Shown here: positions 37,101-46,442 of the stretch, piece by piece
How the letters are laid out: every line of letters begins with the position of its first letter
Position numbering within the stretch: position 1 is the first letter of the stretch
Assembly (NCBI GenBank): GCA_964016885.1
Contig: OZ024740.1
Location: 354,702,001-354,766,000, forward strand
Length of the DNA: 64,000 nt
Direction: 5' to 3'
From: Eledone cirrhosa
Taxonomy: Eukaryota
Translations under genes and position numbers: made by a program
Notes under the pieces: model-generated
Seen by the model: the letters and a program-made list of their open reading frames with translations, nothing else
Told to the model about the DNA's origin: nothing
Databases searched by the model: none

Positions 37101-37775
37101 TTTTAGTAATATCCACTACGTTGCAAACATTTGGGCCACCACGTCTCCGGTCAGCAGACTCAGAAATCAAGAAAAAGGGCCTGGACGCTTCCCTTCATCT
37201 TCTGGCTAAGCCATTAAAAAAAATATTACTTTTGCCCCTCTCGATTCCGACTTCAAATCTTGGTGTATGATCGACATTTCCATTTATCAAGCCTGAAATA
37301 AACACCAGTAATATATTGGTGACGATTGAATCTAGTATCCTTGATCTCAAACGATAAAATGGATCTTTGTTTATACAAGAAATCGGAAATTACCGACTGT
37401 TCGTTCTGTCGGTAGACTGAATATTCAAATGAAAATGATCGTGTCCAGACCAACATTTGTTGTGTATCAATATCAATTCCACAATAGACATCAAGCCATC
37501 ATCACAATTAGATCTGTAACAATGATCAACTGTTACCATTTCTTAATGAAATACTGCAACTTCATTAAAATGTTTCGTTAATTACGTTAACAGAAATGGG
37601 TATATATATATATATATATATATTCCCATTAGAGTTGGTACCACGATAAAATGCACGTAAAGGAATGGGGAAGCATCTTTCAATAGAAGAAAGAATACAT
37701 TTGTACATACCTTTCATCCTTATCTGAACATCGCATGGTAACAGCGAGCTTTTTAGCAAACATATCCTCCGCCAT
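4100..37775 (-). CDS. SASS6: Spindle assembly abnormal protein 6 (SAS-6), spliced gene span; 14 coding exons, about 560 aa, 3' end not located in window
   Basis: Joined exons read [91 protein letters not shown]...[19 protein letters not shown] (SAS-6 head/PISA motif), then a long coiled coil and [11 protein letters not shown]. All introns are GT-AG and phases are compatible at every junction. Confidence 0.95.
4367..4506 (-). CDS. SASS6: SAS-6 exon 13 ([16 protein letters not shown]...VAISG)
   Basis: TTTTTTCTAG acceptor, GTAAGG donor, 140 nt; VI.WLNKQ.NE motif. Confidence 0.9.
5440..6262 (+). repeat. RTE-tail SINE-like element with an expanded tandem array of roughly 48-bp units
   Basis: More than 10 diverged units CACCCAG(T/C)CCAC(A/C)CTGTAA(A/G)GTGG.., then GGAAGGGCATCCAGCTG core, hairpin and GAT-like tail. 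Confidence 0.8.
6457..6538 (-). CDS. SASS6: SAS-6 exon 12 ([27 protein letters not shown])
   Basis: TTCAG acceptor, GTATGT donor, 82 nt; KLEES..LKTNEN motif. Confidence 0.92.
6985..7180 (-). mobile_element. tRNA-derived SINE, same family, reverse orientation
   Basis: Reverse-complement B box GGATTTGAAC and A box ACTGCCAATCC; body GAAAGGCAAAG. Confidence 0.75.
7881..8494 (+). mobile_element. 5'-truncated RTE copy (family B of the PHD-bearing lineage)
   Basis: Encodes [13 protein letters not shown]...[10 protein letters not shown]...GRPRKTW with frameshifts; (GAT)n tail; (TA)n on both flanks. Confidence 0.9.
8788..8975 (+). mobile_element. Non-autonomous Helitron-like element
   Basis: A|TCTATATTATAAAAG start and CTAG|T end; no TSD. 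Confidence 0.5.
9603..13114 (+). mobile_element. Near full-length RTE-clade non-LTR retrotransposon with PHD-finger insertion (family A), in SAS-6 intron 11
   Basis: Single ORF with AP endonuclease and RT; 3' UTR with hairpin and (GAT)n tail; (TA)n on both sides. Confidence 0.95.
9771..12758 (+). CDS. RTE LINE ORF: AP endonuclease, reverse transcriptase and PHD-type Zn finger (995 aa; frame open from 9660)
   Basis: APE motifs [34 protein letters not shown] motifs [40 protein letters not shown]-type C-terminus [22 protein letters not shown]. No internal stops. Confidence 0.95.
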   Translation: MLERKEVDVCCIQETRWRGGSARFIEGKKRCYKLFWVGNDDGLGGVGIMVAEKWADKIIDVNRVNDRIIKIRLVLNRTTVTVISAYAPQSGLPGTIKDRFYETLMLTTSQISDSDYIIIAGDLNGHVGQHCDGYDEIHGGYGFGTRNEEGSRILEFCDANNLTICNTNFKKRDNHLITYRSGEHTSQVDYILTRRRDRVSVVNTKSLPHEECTSQHRLIINDLIVRTRRTRQQKRTILRRKIWKLKDPTAKNKFQNILLDAFDSKEEHLESDNIEGQWEFLKANLLLATDEVCGWSRPVGRRRVTWWWNSKVEGSIKAKKQAWKVWRDGGSRVDYQVARREARREVYLARREAEERKFKHVLQRDDQKREVFRIARQCVKENRDIVGEKCVLNDDGILAITDTDKKVAWKCHYERLLNEENKREKDSLPHIDPIEGPAVLVEGSIISKAIKDMKTGKAAGPSEIVAEMLKASGTVGHTMVTRIVNHVVQNGVVPKDWHSSIIVNCYKGKGDALDRSNYRGIKLIDQVMKVTEKVIAQLIRERIDLDEMQFGFVSGKSTTDALFIVRQLQEKFLAKGKPLYLAFVDLEKAFDRVPRSIIWWALRKLGVDEWLVRAIQAMYKETVSKVRINNEYSEEFSVKVGVHQGSVLSPLLFIIALQAITEEFKTGCPWELLYADDLTLIAESMAELEKKFQTWKHGLESKGLKINLAKTKVLVCRKENKAAVPSGKWSCSVCRKGVGRNSILCPKCKVWVHKRCSGITGKLTKNIDFTCGRCSGAISSSKCPQNTSSFNCAEGSIEIVDSFRYLGDKISSGGGCSESTVARVRTGWKKFRELIPLLAAKGFSLKMKGRLYDACIRTAMLHGSETWALCAEDIRRLERNEACMLRWMCNSNIRERQSINELRKKLEIRGIRCCLLERRLRWYGYVMRMKVDSCITKCRAIKIDGSHGIGRPRKTWDELIISDLTHLHLSKTMSLDRDLWRYSVTEKTRLASRHL
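13243..13368 (-). CDS. SASS6: SAS-6 exon 11 ([18 protein letters not shown]...KKVDE)
   Basis: TTCCAG acceptor, GTTTGC donor, 126 nt. Confidence 0.88.
14123..14266 (-). CDS. SASS6: SAS-6 exon 10 ([22 protein letters not shown]...[10 protein letters not shown]...HAK)
   Basis: TTTCAG acceptor, GTAAGT donor, 144 nt; K.NEII.KLQ motif. Confidence 0.92.
14621..14890 (-). CDS. SASS6: SAS-6 exon 9 ([20 protein letters not shown]...[12 protein letters not shown]...EQDQK)
   Basis: TTTTCTCAAG acceptor, GTAGGT donor, 270 nt; conserved RKYK..ST.REL and AVLEQE.KDK motifs. Confidence 0.92.
17146..17262 (-). CDS. SASS6: SAS-6 exon 8 ([20 protein letters not shown]...AESSNK)
   Basis: Pyrimidine tract plus AAG acceptor (an alternative in-frame CAG would start the exon at 17244); GTATGT donor. 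Confidence 0.8.
17523..17588. repeat. (TA)n microsatellite
   Basis: Pure TA run; others at 8495, 9578, 28056, 45085-45199, 46735 and 56662. Confidence 0.95.
17655..17774 (-). CDS. SASS6: SAS-6 exon 7 ([16 protein letters not shown]...EQCYE)
   Basis: TGCAG acceptor, GTATGA donor, 120 nt, open frame. Confidence 0.88.
18535..18612 (-). CDS. SASS6: SAS-6 exon 6 ([26 protein letters not shown])
   Basis: TTCAG acceptor, GTAAGT donor, 78 nt; coiled coil. Confidence 0.88.
19590..19800 (+). mobile_element. tRNA-derived SINE (representative of a family with many copies in the window)
   Basis: A-box-like TGGCAGTATTGG, B-box GGTTCAAATCC, body CTTTGCC...ATAAAGTACC and tail GGCCTTGTGC..AATTAGAA. Other copies near 365-460, 3735-3880, 13790-13870, 15295-15440, 18800-18975, 26665-26790 and 28170-28300. 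Confidence 0.75.
20583..20757 (-). CDS. SASS6: SAS-6 exon 5 (FILQLL...[16 protein letters not shown]...LKQLK)
   Basis: CTTAG acceptor, GTATTG donor, 175 nt; includes the conserved NPFKH head-dimerisation Phe. Confidence 0.95.
21515..22330 (-). repeat. RTE-tail SINE-like element with a homogeneous 48-bp tandem array
   Basis: CACCAAAACGACC recurs at 21790, 21838 and 21886 (period 48); core and tail on the minus strand. Confidence 0.85.
22706..26338 (+). mobile_element. Full-length but frameshifted RTE-clade LINE of a second family (no PHD insert), in SAS-6 intron 4
   Basis: ORF pieces 23187-24062 (APE: AVQEHR, VYSPH, AGDLNA), 23962-24897 (IDYL, SDHR), 24936-25820 (QNGFR, DFSKAFD, QGDTLAP, FADD) and 25832-26329 (YGSETW); (TGA)n tail; about 480-nt 5' UTR; three frame breaks. 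Confidence 0.92.
26411..26515 (-). CDS. SASS6: SAS-6 exon 4 ([35 protein letters not shown])
   Basis: AACAG acceptor, GTAAGT donor, 105 nt; PISA motif. Confidence 0.95.
26960..27510 (-). mobile_element. Degenerate 5'-truncated RTE copy
   Basis: Reverse strand reads [23 protein letters not shown]; (ATC)n tail near 26960. Confidence 0.75.
27503..27802. repeat. 30-bp minisatellite, about 10 copies (CCAGTTTCAATGCTGAACAGTGAAACTGAG)
   Basis: Direct tandem repeat between an RTE truncation point and the SAS-6 exon 3 donor. Confidence 0.92.
27822..27901 (-). CDS. SASS6: SAS-6 exon 3 ([26 protein letters not shown])
   Basis: TTTCAG acceptor, GTGAAT donor, 80 nt; typical SAS-6 head sequence. Confidence 0.95.
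28914..29121. mobile_element. piggyBac-like MITE
   Basis: TTAA|CCCATTAGCATTTA...TAAATGCTAAAGGG|TTAC; related copy near 20265-20460. Confidence 0.65.
29261..30200 (+). mobile_element. Decayed internal fragment of the PHD-bearing RTE lineage
   Basis: Recognisable remnants of [30 protein letters not shown] and LDDLISGG, with many stops. Confidence 0.75.
30207..30538. mobile_element. TTAA-flanked MITE family (other copies near 4640, 14375-14545, 18290 and 31665-31865)
   Basis: TTAA CTCTTAATGTCCTGTA ... TACAGGATGTTAAGAA TTAA terminal inverted repeats. Confidence 0.6.
30575..30635 (-). CDS. SASS6: SAS-6 exon 2 ([20 protein letters not shown])
   Basis: TTTCAG acceptor, GTAAAT donor, 61 nt; resembles the SAS-6 N-terminal ..PVHRK segment. 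Confidence 0.88.
30860..31110 (+). mobile_element. Decayed RTE 3' fragment
   Basis: Remnant of GRP.KTW.DVVRA and the terminal CCAACCC...GATGATG segment. Confidence 0.55.
31361..31550 (+). mobile_element. Short RTE fragment beginning right after (TA)n
   Basis: [43 protein letters not shown]. Confidence 0.8.
32530..33945 (+). mobile_element. Composite RTE insertion: 3' UTR fragment (32530-32878) joined to a 5'-truncated copy (32879-33945)
   Basis: First part ends in hairpin plus (GAT)n; second encodes half of the PHD, ..[14 protein letters not shown].. and the RTE C-terminus; (TA)n on the outer flanks. Confidence 0.88.
34194..34393. mobile_element. Tc1/mariner-superfamily (pogo/Tigger-like) MITE
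   Basis: TIRs CCATATATACTCAAATATAAGCC / GGCTTATATTTGAGTATGTACAG flanked by TA; decayed relative near 60245-60380. Confidence 0.7.
35001..35245. mobile_element. piggyBac-like MITE
   Basis: TTAA|CCCTTTTGTTACC...GGTATCAAAAAGG|TTAA. Confidence 0.65.
35305..35560 (-). mobile_element. Old LINE RT remnant
   Basis: Minus strand reads ..[14 protein letters not shown], typical of the start of a LINE RT domain. Confidence 0.45.
37711..37775 (-). CDS. SASS6: SAS-6 coding exon 1 ([22 protein letters not shown])
   Basis: ATG in GCAATGG context; 65 nt; donor GTATGT; phase 2 matches exon 2. Confidence 0.85.
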
Positions 37776-38809
37776 TGCTATAGAATGTAGACAAAGTGTC
37801 TAATTAAACTTGTAGACAATAATTGAACAACATTGGAAATTTCGCCATAACAATAACTAATAAACAACCATTTATATTACTGATACAACCAAATTCTTGC
37901 TTGGCAGCTGACTTTATGACAATAAATATAATAACTATTTACATTTTGACACGAACGAATGAATATGAAATTTATATATTTTGTTGTATGGTTATATTTG
38001 CCATTTGTATATGTGAAAAGTGCAGTTAGATAAAACTGTTAACATCTGCCATGTCTAAACTTGTTTTTGAGCTCCGCGCCTAGGTTGTTTCAAAATTCCA
38101 TTAATGTTTGGTGAAACGAAATTTGAAATAACCAAACAAGCTTTATTTCTTTTTATTGTAACTTATTTAGAATCAACAAGCTGAGTATTTGTTTAATTAG
38201 AATTTCTTTTTTTATCGAAAATAGTGATAGATGTTTATTATTAAAGCAACATTTGACGTAATCTCCATTTTTAATAAATAAGTGACAACAACCTGCTGTA
38301 AAAACCTGATGTAACTTGGAACGAACTAGTCAAAAGTTGAAATCAAATAAAAACACGGAAGAATTTTCTTTTAAAATGAATGAAATATTTTAAACATGTT
38401 TTAATATTAATCTGTTGTTACCAAAATAAAAAGACAATTATTTTTGATTATTAAAAGTTCTCTGTAATCAACAGGATGAGAGTTTATAATATATTATCTT
38501 CGATTACCTTTGATAAAATTAGCAATTAGAACCTTGTCGTTAGCCTGAAACAAGGTATTTTGCTTTAAAAGGTAGGGTAGCTTAAAGAGCTCCTATCACT
38601 GCATTCCTTGGCTTCGGTCATATTTGCTTTTCATCCCTCTGGAATTAATGTACTGAGATCAATTATATCGATTTCAGCCCTCTACTAAAACAAATCAGTT
38701 CATGCCCTTGGGAAACGTAAAACGTCATAACTCTTATTCATTCCTTTAAATATAACCTGTGTGTCTTGTCGAAAGAAAAAAAATCGATGTTTCCAAAATA
38801 TTGATTTCT

Positions 38810-39010
38810 TATTTAGGTATATTTGGGGAAAGGGTAAAGTAGATTAAATCAACTTCAGTATTTTACTGATATCTTAATTTATCGATCCCCAGAAAGGTGA
38901 AAGACAAAGTTAATCTTGGCGAGATTTGAACTCATTACGCAAGGAGGCTGGACAAATACCGAAATGGCATTTTATCCGCCACTCTATCAATTCTACTAAT
39001 CCGCCACTCT
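38810..39010 (-). mobile_element. tRNA-derived SINE, same family
   Basis: ATCGATCCCC..GAAAGACAAAGTT..GATTTGAACTC pattern. Confidence 0.65.
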
Positions 39011-39094
39011 AATGTTGTTCCAAATATTAAGCACAATGAGAGAAAAAAAGGGGGAAACAAAAACGACCATCAATTCACCAAGTACGACAATCGG

Positions 39095-39440
39095 TCTCAC
39101 ATCACGGGTCTACGGAAATGTTTGAGGTAAACCAATACACTCGTAGCATTACCACTGGTGATGGCGAAACTAAGGCACTGAAACAACCAGGCACCCTCGC
39201 GGGCATCACCCGACTCCTCAGTAAGGCGAGCCGCCAACGATAACAAGAACTTCGCTATCAGCGGCCCAACTCCACCAAACGTCTCGAACGCCACATGCTG
39301 GAAAGAATAGTTGTTTGATAGTTCCTGGTATTTTCGGATTTTATTCCGTTCGGCAACGGAAGCAGTCACCCTCGCATTTTCCGCAGCATCCATGATGCGG
39401 GAGGGACCAAAAGTGTCACTGACTGTGGCGTCCCTATGTA
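39095..39440 (-). mobile_element. Fragment of an RLE-type (CRE-like) non-LTR retrotransposon C-terminus
   Basis: AERNKIRKYQEL...F..VAFETFGGVG...GDAREGAWLFQ.LS.AI..GNA.SVL pattern. Confidence 0.75.
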
Positions 39441-40777
39441 TTGTGAAAGTATATTTAGAGAAATATATACGAGTATATAATTGCCAAATAGTTTTAGACT
39501 AAGCTCAATGTGTTTATGTAATATTGGTTGGAAGAATAAGAGATACTTTCGAAAAAAAAATGTATGTAGGGAAAGTGGTTGGGGGTATTCGACTCACGAT
39601 CGTAAGGTCGTCAGTTCGATTCCCAGTAGCACGTTGTGTCCTTGCGCAAGCACTTTATTTCATGTTTCCTCAATCCATTCAGTTGGCAAATATTGAGTTG
39701 TATCAGTAATTCAAAGGGCTAATGTACTGTGGTAAATAGACATATACACCAGGTCTGAACACAATGAAACCAATCTACTACTGTCACTGCCTCCGTCTCC
39801 CCCACAAATGTTTCAGACACAGGTCCTTTGTGAAGATAGAGAAGAGAAATAATAGACAAATTCCAAGATCTTTTCTAAGAATCTTAAGTTTCGACATAAC
39901 TCATGTGGCCATGGATCTGGACAAGAAAAGTTCCTCTCGAAGGTACAGATCGGGAAGATTTTTTTTTTTTTTTTAGTAAGACTAGTAGTTTTTCAGACGC
40001 GCAAGTCTCCTCACCCCAGATGTTGTCCAAGGGGAAATGTTGTTCTACTTATATATATATATTTATGTATTTTATTATTATAATAGACTCTATTCTTCCT
40101 TTCTAACTTGCTAAGGTTGAGAAGAGGAACACTGCAATTTTTTTCAATGGTGCACCTTCAGATTTAGAAAATAGTTTATAAAAAAAACTGACTGAAATAT
40201 GTCCCTTGAAGTTTTGATTTTATTAACATTACTTCCTAAAACAAATATAAAGAGCAAAAGTTAATTTTAAAAAAAATTCTTTTGTTTATTAGTGTCTACC
40301 CAAAATATTCTGAAACCACCCAGAGCACCAAAATCTGACGCCGAACCTGCTAACTGTTTAAACCATATTTAAAACAACCAGTTGCCTGCATCTCGCAAAT
40401 CACCCTATACATTTCTCCCTAACTAGTCACTAAAGATAAAGCCGATGTCCGACTGTTTGATCCCACCTTCTAGCAACATGAAGTGCTATGGAGAATGGTA
40501 CGATGATGACCAATATTCTTTCTAGGCAAAATAAGTACCATGTAGATCACTATATAATTGACAAATTTCGTTGGCAATGACTAGCTCATTTTATTTCATG
40601 GGCTGGTGTAATATGTAAGCATTATTGCACTAGCCAGAACAAATACAAATAACCGTTCGCCTTTTCGTTAAGAGTGAAATATTTATCTTTCGGACAATAT
40701 TTCAATGTCATTGTGACCCTTTCTACTCGCGTTTCTTTCTATAAAGGTTGAATTGAATTATCTCCCTTATTATTGTG

Positions 40778-40788
40778 TGCGCATGCGC
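40778..40788. promoter_or_regulatory. NRF1-like palindromic motif TGCGCATGCGC upstream of the R3HDM4-like start codon
   Basis: Near-perfect match to the NRF1 consensus 46 nt before the ATG, in a CpG-containing unique stretch. Confidence 0.45.
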
Positions 40789-40834
40789 TATGTGTTGTTG
40801 ATGTGTTAATGGCAGTTGTCTGACAATATTCATA

Positions 40835-40899
40835 ATGGGTATCAACCGTGACAGTAATAGGGATTATTACGATCCTGAGATAATCGAAGATGACTTGGT
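40835..40899 (+). CDS. R3HDM4: R3HDM4-like exon 1 ([21 protein letters not shown])
   Basis: ATAATGG start context; GTAAGC donor; phase 2 fits the exon at 58338; lies in unique sequence after an NRF1-like motif. Confidence 0.65.
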
Positions 40900-43800
40900 G
40901 TAAGCTAAAATATCTACTGTTTTAAAATCCACCTTGGAAATAATGCTATTGTTTTTATTTTATACTAAAATATTGTTGTTATTCTCTGTATTTTCTTAAT
41001 TAATTCGAGTACAACACTTGGTTGCACCATCAATATTTACATGAATTTAAATTTATTTATTCTGATTTTTCTGGGGTTTTGTTCTTCATCTAGTTGCCTT
41101 TTTCTGGAAAGGGAGAAACCAGACACACACAAAAGAACTTTCTGTTATTGATGTTTATCAATGTCCCGATTTCATTAAGTATTTTCGTTTTTTTGCTCGA
41201 AGTCTTATTGTTACCTTGGAAGTAGGACAGAGAGAGAGAGAACTCTGTTTATATTTCACAATATTTAGATCTCTGATGACTCATCACCTCGCATTATGTT
41301 GCAACGTACTGCTTCTTTTATCTTTACTGAAAGGCAGTTGTATATATTTAGATGGAACTATGCTTTGTTTAGTTTCTATAGCTTACCATCTCTCTCTCCT
41401 GACAAATTATGTGGCAAAATCGCTATATTTATTATGTCAACAGCTGTTTCTCTTATTTAAGTTACATTTTGATCAACGTTTACTTCATCTTCCAATATTT
41501 TACGATGTATCATGAAAACACTATCATCTCTCGATATTGAGAATTACACACACACACACATATATATATATCATCGAAGACGCTTGGCGCCACGGTCGGG
41601 ATTTTACCTCACCCTCCATTTCTCTCTACGATGAGTGGTAAAACAAATCGCCAATGTCGAATATTTTCTGAACACTGACGAAACTCTGAGTAGCGATTAT
41701 TTCTAACTCTTGTACTATGTTAATATATATGTGTGTGCGTATGTTTATCTCAACTCAAATTTTTGGTGTTATTTACTTATGCTTGCAATAATCTTACATA
41801 GTATATATATATATGCACTGTGTGCAGAGGACCTGCGAAAGAAATGAAGCTGGCTAAGCATAAATGAACTTAGAGCGAAACTGGGCATAAGAGGGATCAG
41901 GTGTAGTGTGCAGGGCGCTCAAAGTTGATGAAAGCTATGGAGTAGGAAGACTTAGGGTGAAGCGATAGAAGCTGACCTTGCACAATTGCACCTCTCGAAG
42001 GCGATAACACAGTATCGAGATCTCTGGCTGCAGTAATGCAGAAGACCCACTTTCCCATGTGCAGGGGTTGAAGCATACATCTTGTATGCACTACCTTCCA
42101 CTCCCTCCTTCCATACACCTCGCACGTTCTAACACCCCCACCCTTCACCAGATAAGTGCACCAACCTAGATCTACCTCACTAATCCCCACTTACCTCCCC
42201 TACTCCGTCCACACTGTAAAGTCGTCGTGTTGGTGACATGACAAAAAACGGGCAGTCCCCACTGTAAAGTCGTGTATGTGTCAGAAAAAAGCGCGCAGTC
42301 CACACTGTAAAGTGGCCAAATAGATGTCACACCAAAATGCACCCAGTCAACACTGTAAATGTGGTTGGCGTTAGGAAGGGCATCCAGCCATAGAAACCAA
42401 GCCAGAAACAGTTCAGTATGAGCAAGACATAGTCTTCCAATCTGGCTTGTCTCGCAATGGGACAACTTGTCTAATCCATGCTAGCGTGAGAAAATGGTTG
42501 TTAAACAGTGATGATGATGATGATATATATATATATATCATCATCATCATTTTGCGTCTGCTTTTCCCTACTTGCAAGAGTGGGATGGGTCCTATGCAGC
42601 ACAGCATCTCCACTTGTCACGGTCCTTCGTCATCTCCGCTGTGAGTTTCAGCGATCTGAGGTTTGCTCTCACCACCGCCCGTGTTTTTCGTGGTCTTCCT
42701 CTACTGCGTCTTCCTTCAACTGGCATTTCTTGGCACTTCTTTACCCAGTGGTCATCCTCCATGCGCATCACATGTCCATACCATCGTAGTCTTCTCTCCC
42801 GCACACTACTACTTATCCCTCTTAAACACAGTTTCTCTCTCAACACATCCATGCTCGGTCGTTCACGTACATTGACGTTGCACATCCAATGGAGCATGCT
42901 TGCTTCATTTCTCTCCAGCCGTCGCATGTCTTCTGCACTTGCTGCCCATGTCTCAGTACCATGCAGTATCGCGTACCTCACACAGGCATCATATAACCGG
43001 CCTTTCGTATGCAGGGAGAAACCCTTCTTCGTCAGCAGAGGAAGCAGCTCCCAAAACTTCTTCCAACCCGTCCTTATTCTAGATACTATGGCCTCAGAAC
43101 CCCCCCCCCCCCCCCTCCCATGCTAATATGATCACCTAGGTACCGGAAGCTATCAACCACTTCTATAGAACCTGCCTGCATTTGAAAAATGTGTCTATCA
43201 ATGCGACTTCTACTGTCAAATTTCCCTGTACATCTACTGCATACATATTTTCCCCTTCCTGTTAGTTTGCCTCATATCCCACTACATCTCTTGTGTACCC
43301 ACGATCTGCATTGTGTACATTTTATAAAATTTATGCCAGTTCCTTTTCTGCATATCGAACATGGCCATTTCCCTGGCGGAATCAGAGTTTTGTCCTCTTT
43401 TCTACTCATCAACACTTTTGTCTTAGCTAGGTTTACTCTCGGTCCTCTTAATTCCAACTGCTGTTTCCATAGCCAGAATTTATTCTCTAGCTCCTCTACT
43501 GATTCTGCTATAAGAACCAGATCGTCAGCATAGAGAAGTTCCCATGGGCAGCCAGTCTTAAACTCCTCTGTTATGGCTTGGAGGACTATAATGAACAAGA
43601 GCGGGCTGAGGACGAACCCTGATGTACTCCTACTTGTATCTGGAATTCCTCACTAAACTCCATTCCTACCCTCACTTTACTGACAGCACCTCTCTACAAA
43701 GCTTGCACTGTCCTCACAAGCCATTCCTCAACACCTAGTTTCCTTAGGGACCACCAGATGACAGATCGGGGTACCCTATCAAAGGCCTTCTCTAGGTCAA

Positions 43801-44863
43801 CAAATGCTAAGTATAGTGGCTTATTCTTCCCTAAGAACCTCTCTTGTAATTGTCTCACTAAGAAGAGGGCATCTGTTGTACTTTTTCCAGGCACAAAACC
43901 AAACTGCATCTCATCTAGTTTGACCCTTTCTCTAATTAGTTGCGCTAATATCCTTTCTGCCACTTTCATGACCTGATCCATCAGTTTTATGCCCTTATAA
44001 TTGCTCCTCTCCAGAGCCTTTCCTTTACCTTTGTAGCAATTTATGAGAATACTGCTGCACCAGTCTTGGGTATGACACCGCCATATATAGCCTGATTGAT
44101 GATGCAGGCAAACAGTTTAGTGCCTACGTCCCCTGATGCCTTCAGCATCTCAGCAGCTATCCCCGACAGTCCAGCGGCCTTACCATGTTTCTAAATACCC
44201 ACCATTGCTCAGTTTGAGCCTTACCTATAAATGTACCAGAATATGTATCTGTGCTATAGATATGTGCTTAGTATGAATGGCATATTTCATAATTTAAGTC
44301 AGTAAATGTCATATAGCTAATTCATACATTTTAAACTAGAACACAATGATTAATTGAAAGTAAAATAGTTTTGATTGATTTTAATGAGTTATTGATCAAG
44401 TTATTTTCTTTTTCACTTGAAAAAATGTTTGTATTATTTTGTCAGGGAAGGAAGAACTGTGCCCATAACACTTTTCACACACGTCATTAATAATTGTTTC
44501 TACTTTTGGCACAAGGCCATCAAATACCCAGTACATTACTGGTACTTTATTTTATCGACCCCATAAGGATGAAAGGCAAAGTTAACCTCGGCGGGATTTG
44601 AACTCAGACCATAAAGGGCCGTAACTCTTTGCTGCAAAGCATGGTGCCCGACCCTCTACCGATACTGCCAAGCATCACCTGACAACCACTTTGTACTGGA
44701 TTTGTTTGGGAAATGGTAATTTGATATCTTCCTCCCTACCTATCTTACATAGTGTTAACAAGTGGTAAAATAGCAGCTATCTACCAACTTTTGTTTAATT
44801 CTCTACCTACCTACCTCTCTATCTGTCTGTCCTCTTTCCAATCTATCGTTATCTCTCTCTCTG

Positions 44864-44900
<37 letters not shown>

Positions 44901-45083
44901 CATCGTTTAACGTCTATCTTCCACGCTAGCATGGGTTTATACATATATATGTGTATATAATGAAGGAAATGTGGTAAGGAACCAGGTGGACCATAACGCA
45001 CCAAAGTACTCAATATTTGTCCAGAATTAGCCGTCGAAACGGCTTGAGCTCAGCCGTCGGGGTCCTACTCATTCCTATATGTG

Positions 45084-45114
<31 letters not shown>

Positions 45115-45123
45115 GTATATATA

Positions 45124-45201
<78 letters not shown>

Positions 45202-46391
45202 CCCCCCCCCGTATGAGCAAGACAAGGTCACCTGACCTGGCACTGCTCACAACAGGACAACCCGTCTAACCCATGCTAGCGTGGAAGAATGGATGTAAAA
45301 CGGGGATGATAATACATACATACATACATACATATATATATATAAATGCACCAGAATATGTATCTGTGCTATAGATATGTGCTTAGTATGAATGGCATAT
45401 TTCATAATTTAAGTCAATAAATGTCATATAGCTAATTCATACATTTTAAACTAGAACACAATGATTAATTGAAAGTAAATCACAAGTGTGGAAGGAATTT
45501 ATTGTAATTCATTTAACTGAGTATAAAATGAAGTACAACAATGGCCAGAGTAAGAAGTAGGTCAAAGAAAATCGAAATTTTCAAGCATCTTTATATAGAA
45601 TATCTGTCTGTTCATCAAGGAATTCTTAAATTAATATATATAAATATATATATATATATATCATCCTCATCATCAAATATCAGTTTCTCCTGGTAGTAAG
45701 AGTTGAATGAGTCTTCACAGACTGAATCAGTACTCAAGATGTATTTTATCATGGCATCAACACTAGAAAGGTTGTCATGTGTTTCACATTATGGAAAGAT
45801 CCTCCTAACCCTTTATTTTACAAGTTTTTTTTAATTGTGGATGACCTTATTATCACCAACAACTTTACAGGGTGTACTAAATGCAGTTTTCAAGGCACCA
45901 ACATTAGAAAGGTTATTGAGGCAGAGGTCGAAAAAGAAAATAAGTATGGTATTAATGGTGTACGACAAGTGTGGTAGGACTTGACAGGGTAATGAGTAAG
46001 AGAGAATAGTTATTAAGGAGTGATAGAGGAGGATGAATGGATGGAGTAGGAGGAATGGATGGAGTAGGGTGTACAGGGATGATGAGGATAGCTACTAAAG
46101 AGTGCTAGTGGAGGTAGAGACATGGGAATGAGCTAGGCCTCATTTATGCTGGAAGGCAGGTCTTCTCCAGTATAGCATGTTGCTAGTTCTCATGGTACCA
46201 TGTTTCTTAAAGTCAGTCTTCGCTACTTCATTCAAAGGCTTCCTGAGTCTGCCACTTTCACAAGTCCCAACCACTGAAATTCTCTGCATTTCTTCATATA
46301 GCTATCATCTAACATATGTCCATACCAACAGTTTTCTCTCTTGCACATTATATCCAATCCTCTTATGAGAACTTTTCTCATATACAAACGA

Positions 46392-46442
<51 letters not shown>

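Noticed and set aside
38070-38100. CDE/CHR-like cell-cycle elements (GGCGCGG, TTTGAA) upstream of SAS-6
   Set aside because: Order and spacing do not fit the CDE-CHR arrangement, the TSS is unknown, and TTTGAA is common in AT-rich DNA.
41675-41690. CTGACGAAAC hammerhead-like core words
   Set aside because: The two boxes overlap, leaving no room for stem II.
45025-45075. GAAAC-GGCU...AGCC-GUC, resembling hammerhead stem III with a GUC cleavage site
   Set aside because: No CUGANGA box upstream or downstream and no stem I/II; more likely a small inverted duplication in a repeat fragment.
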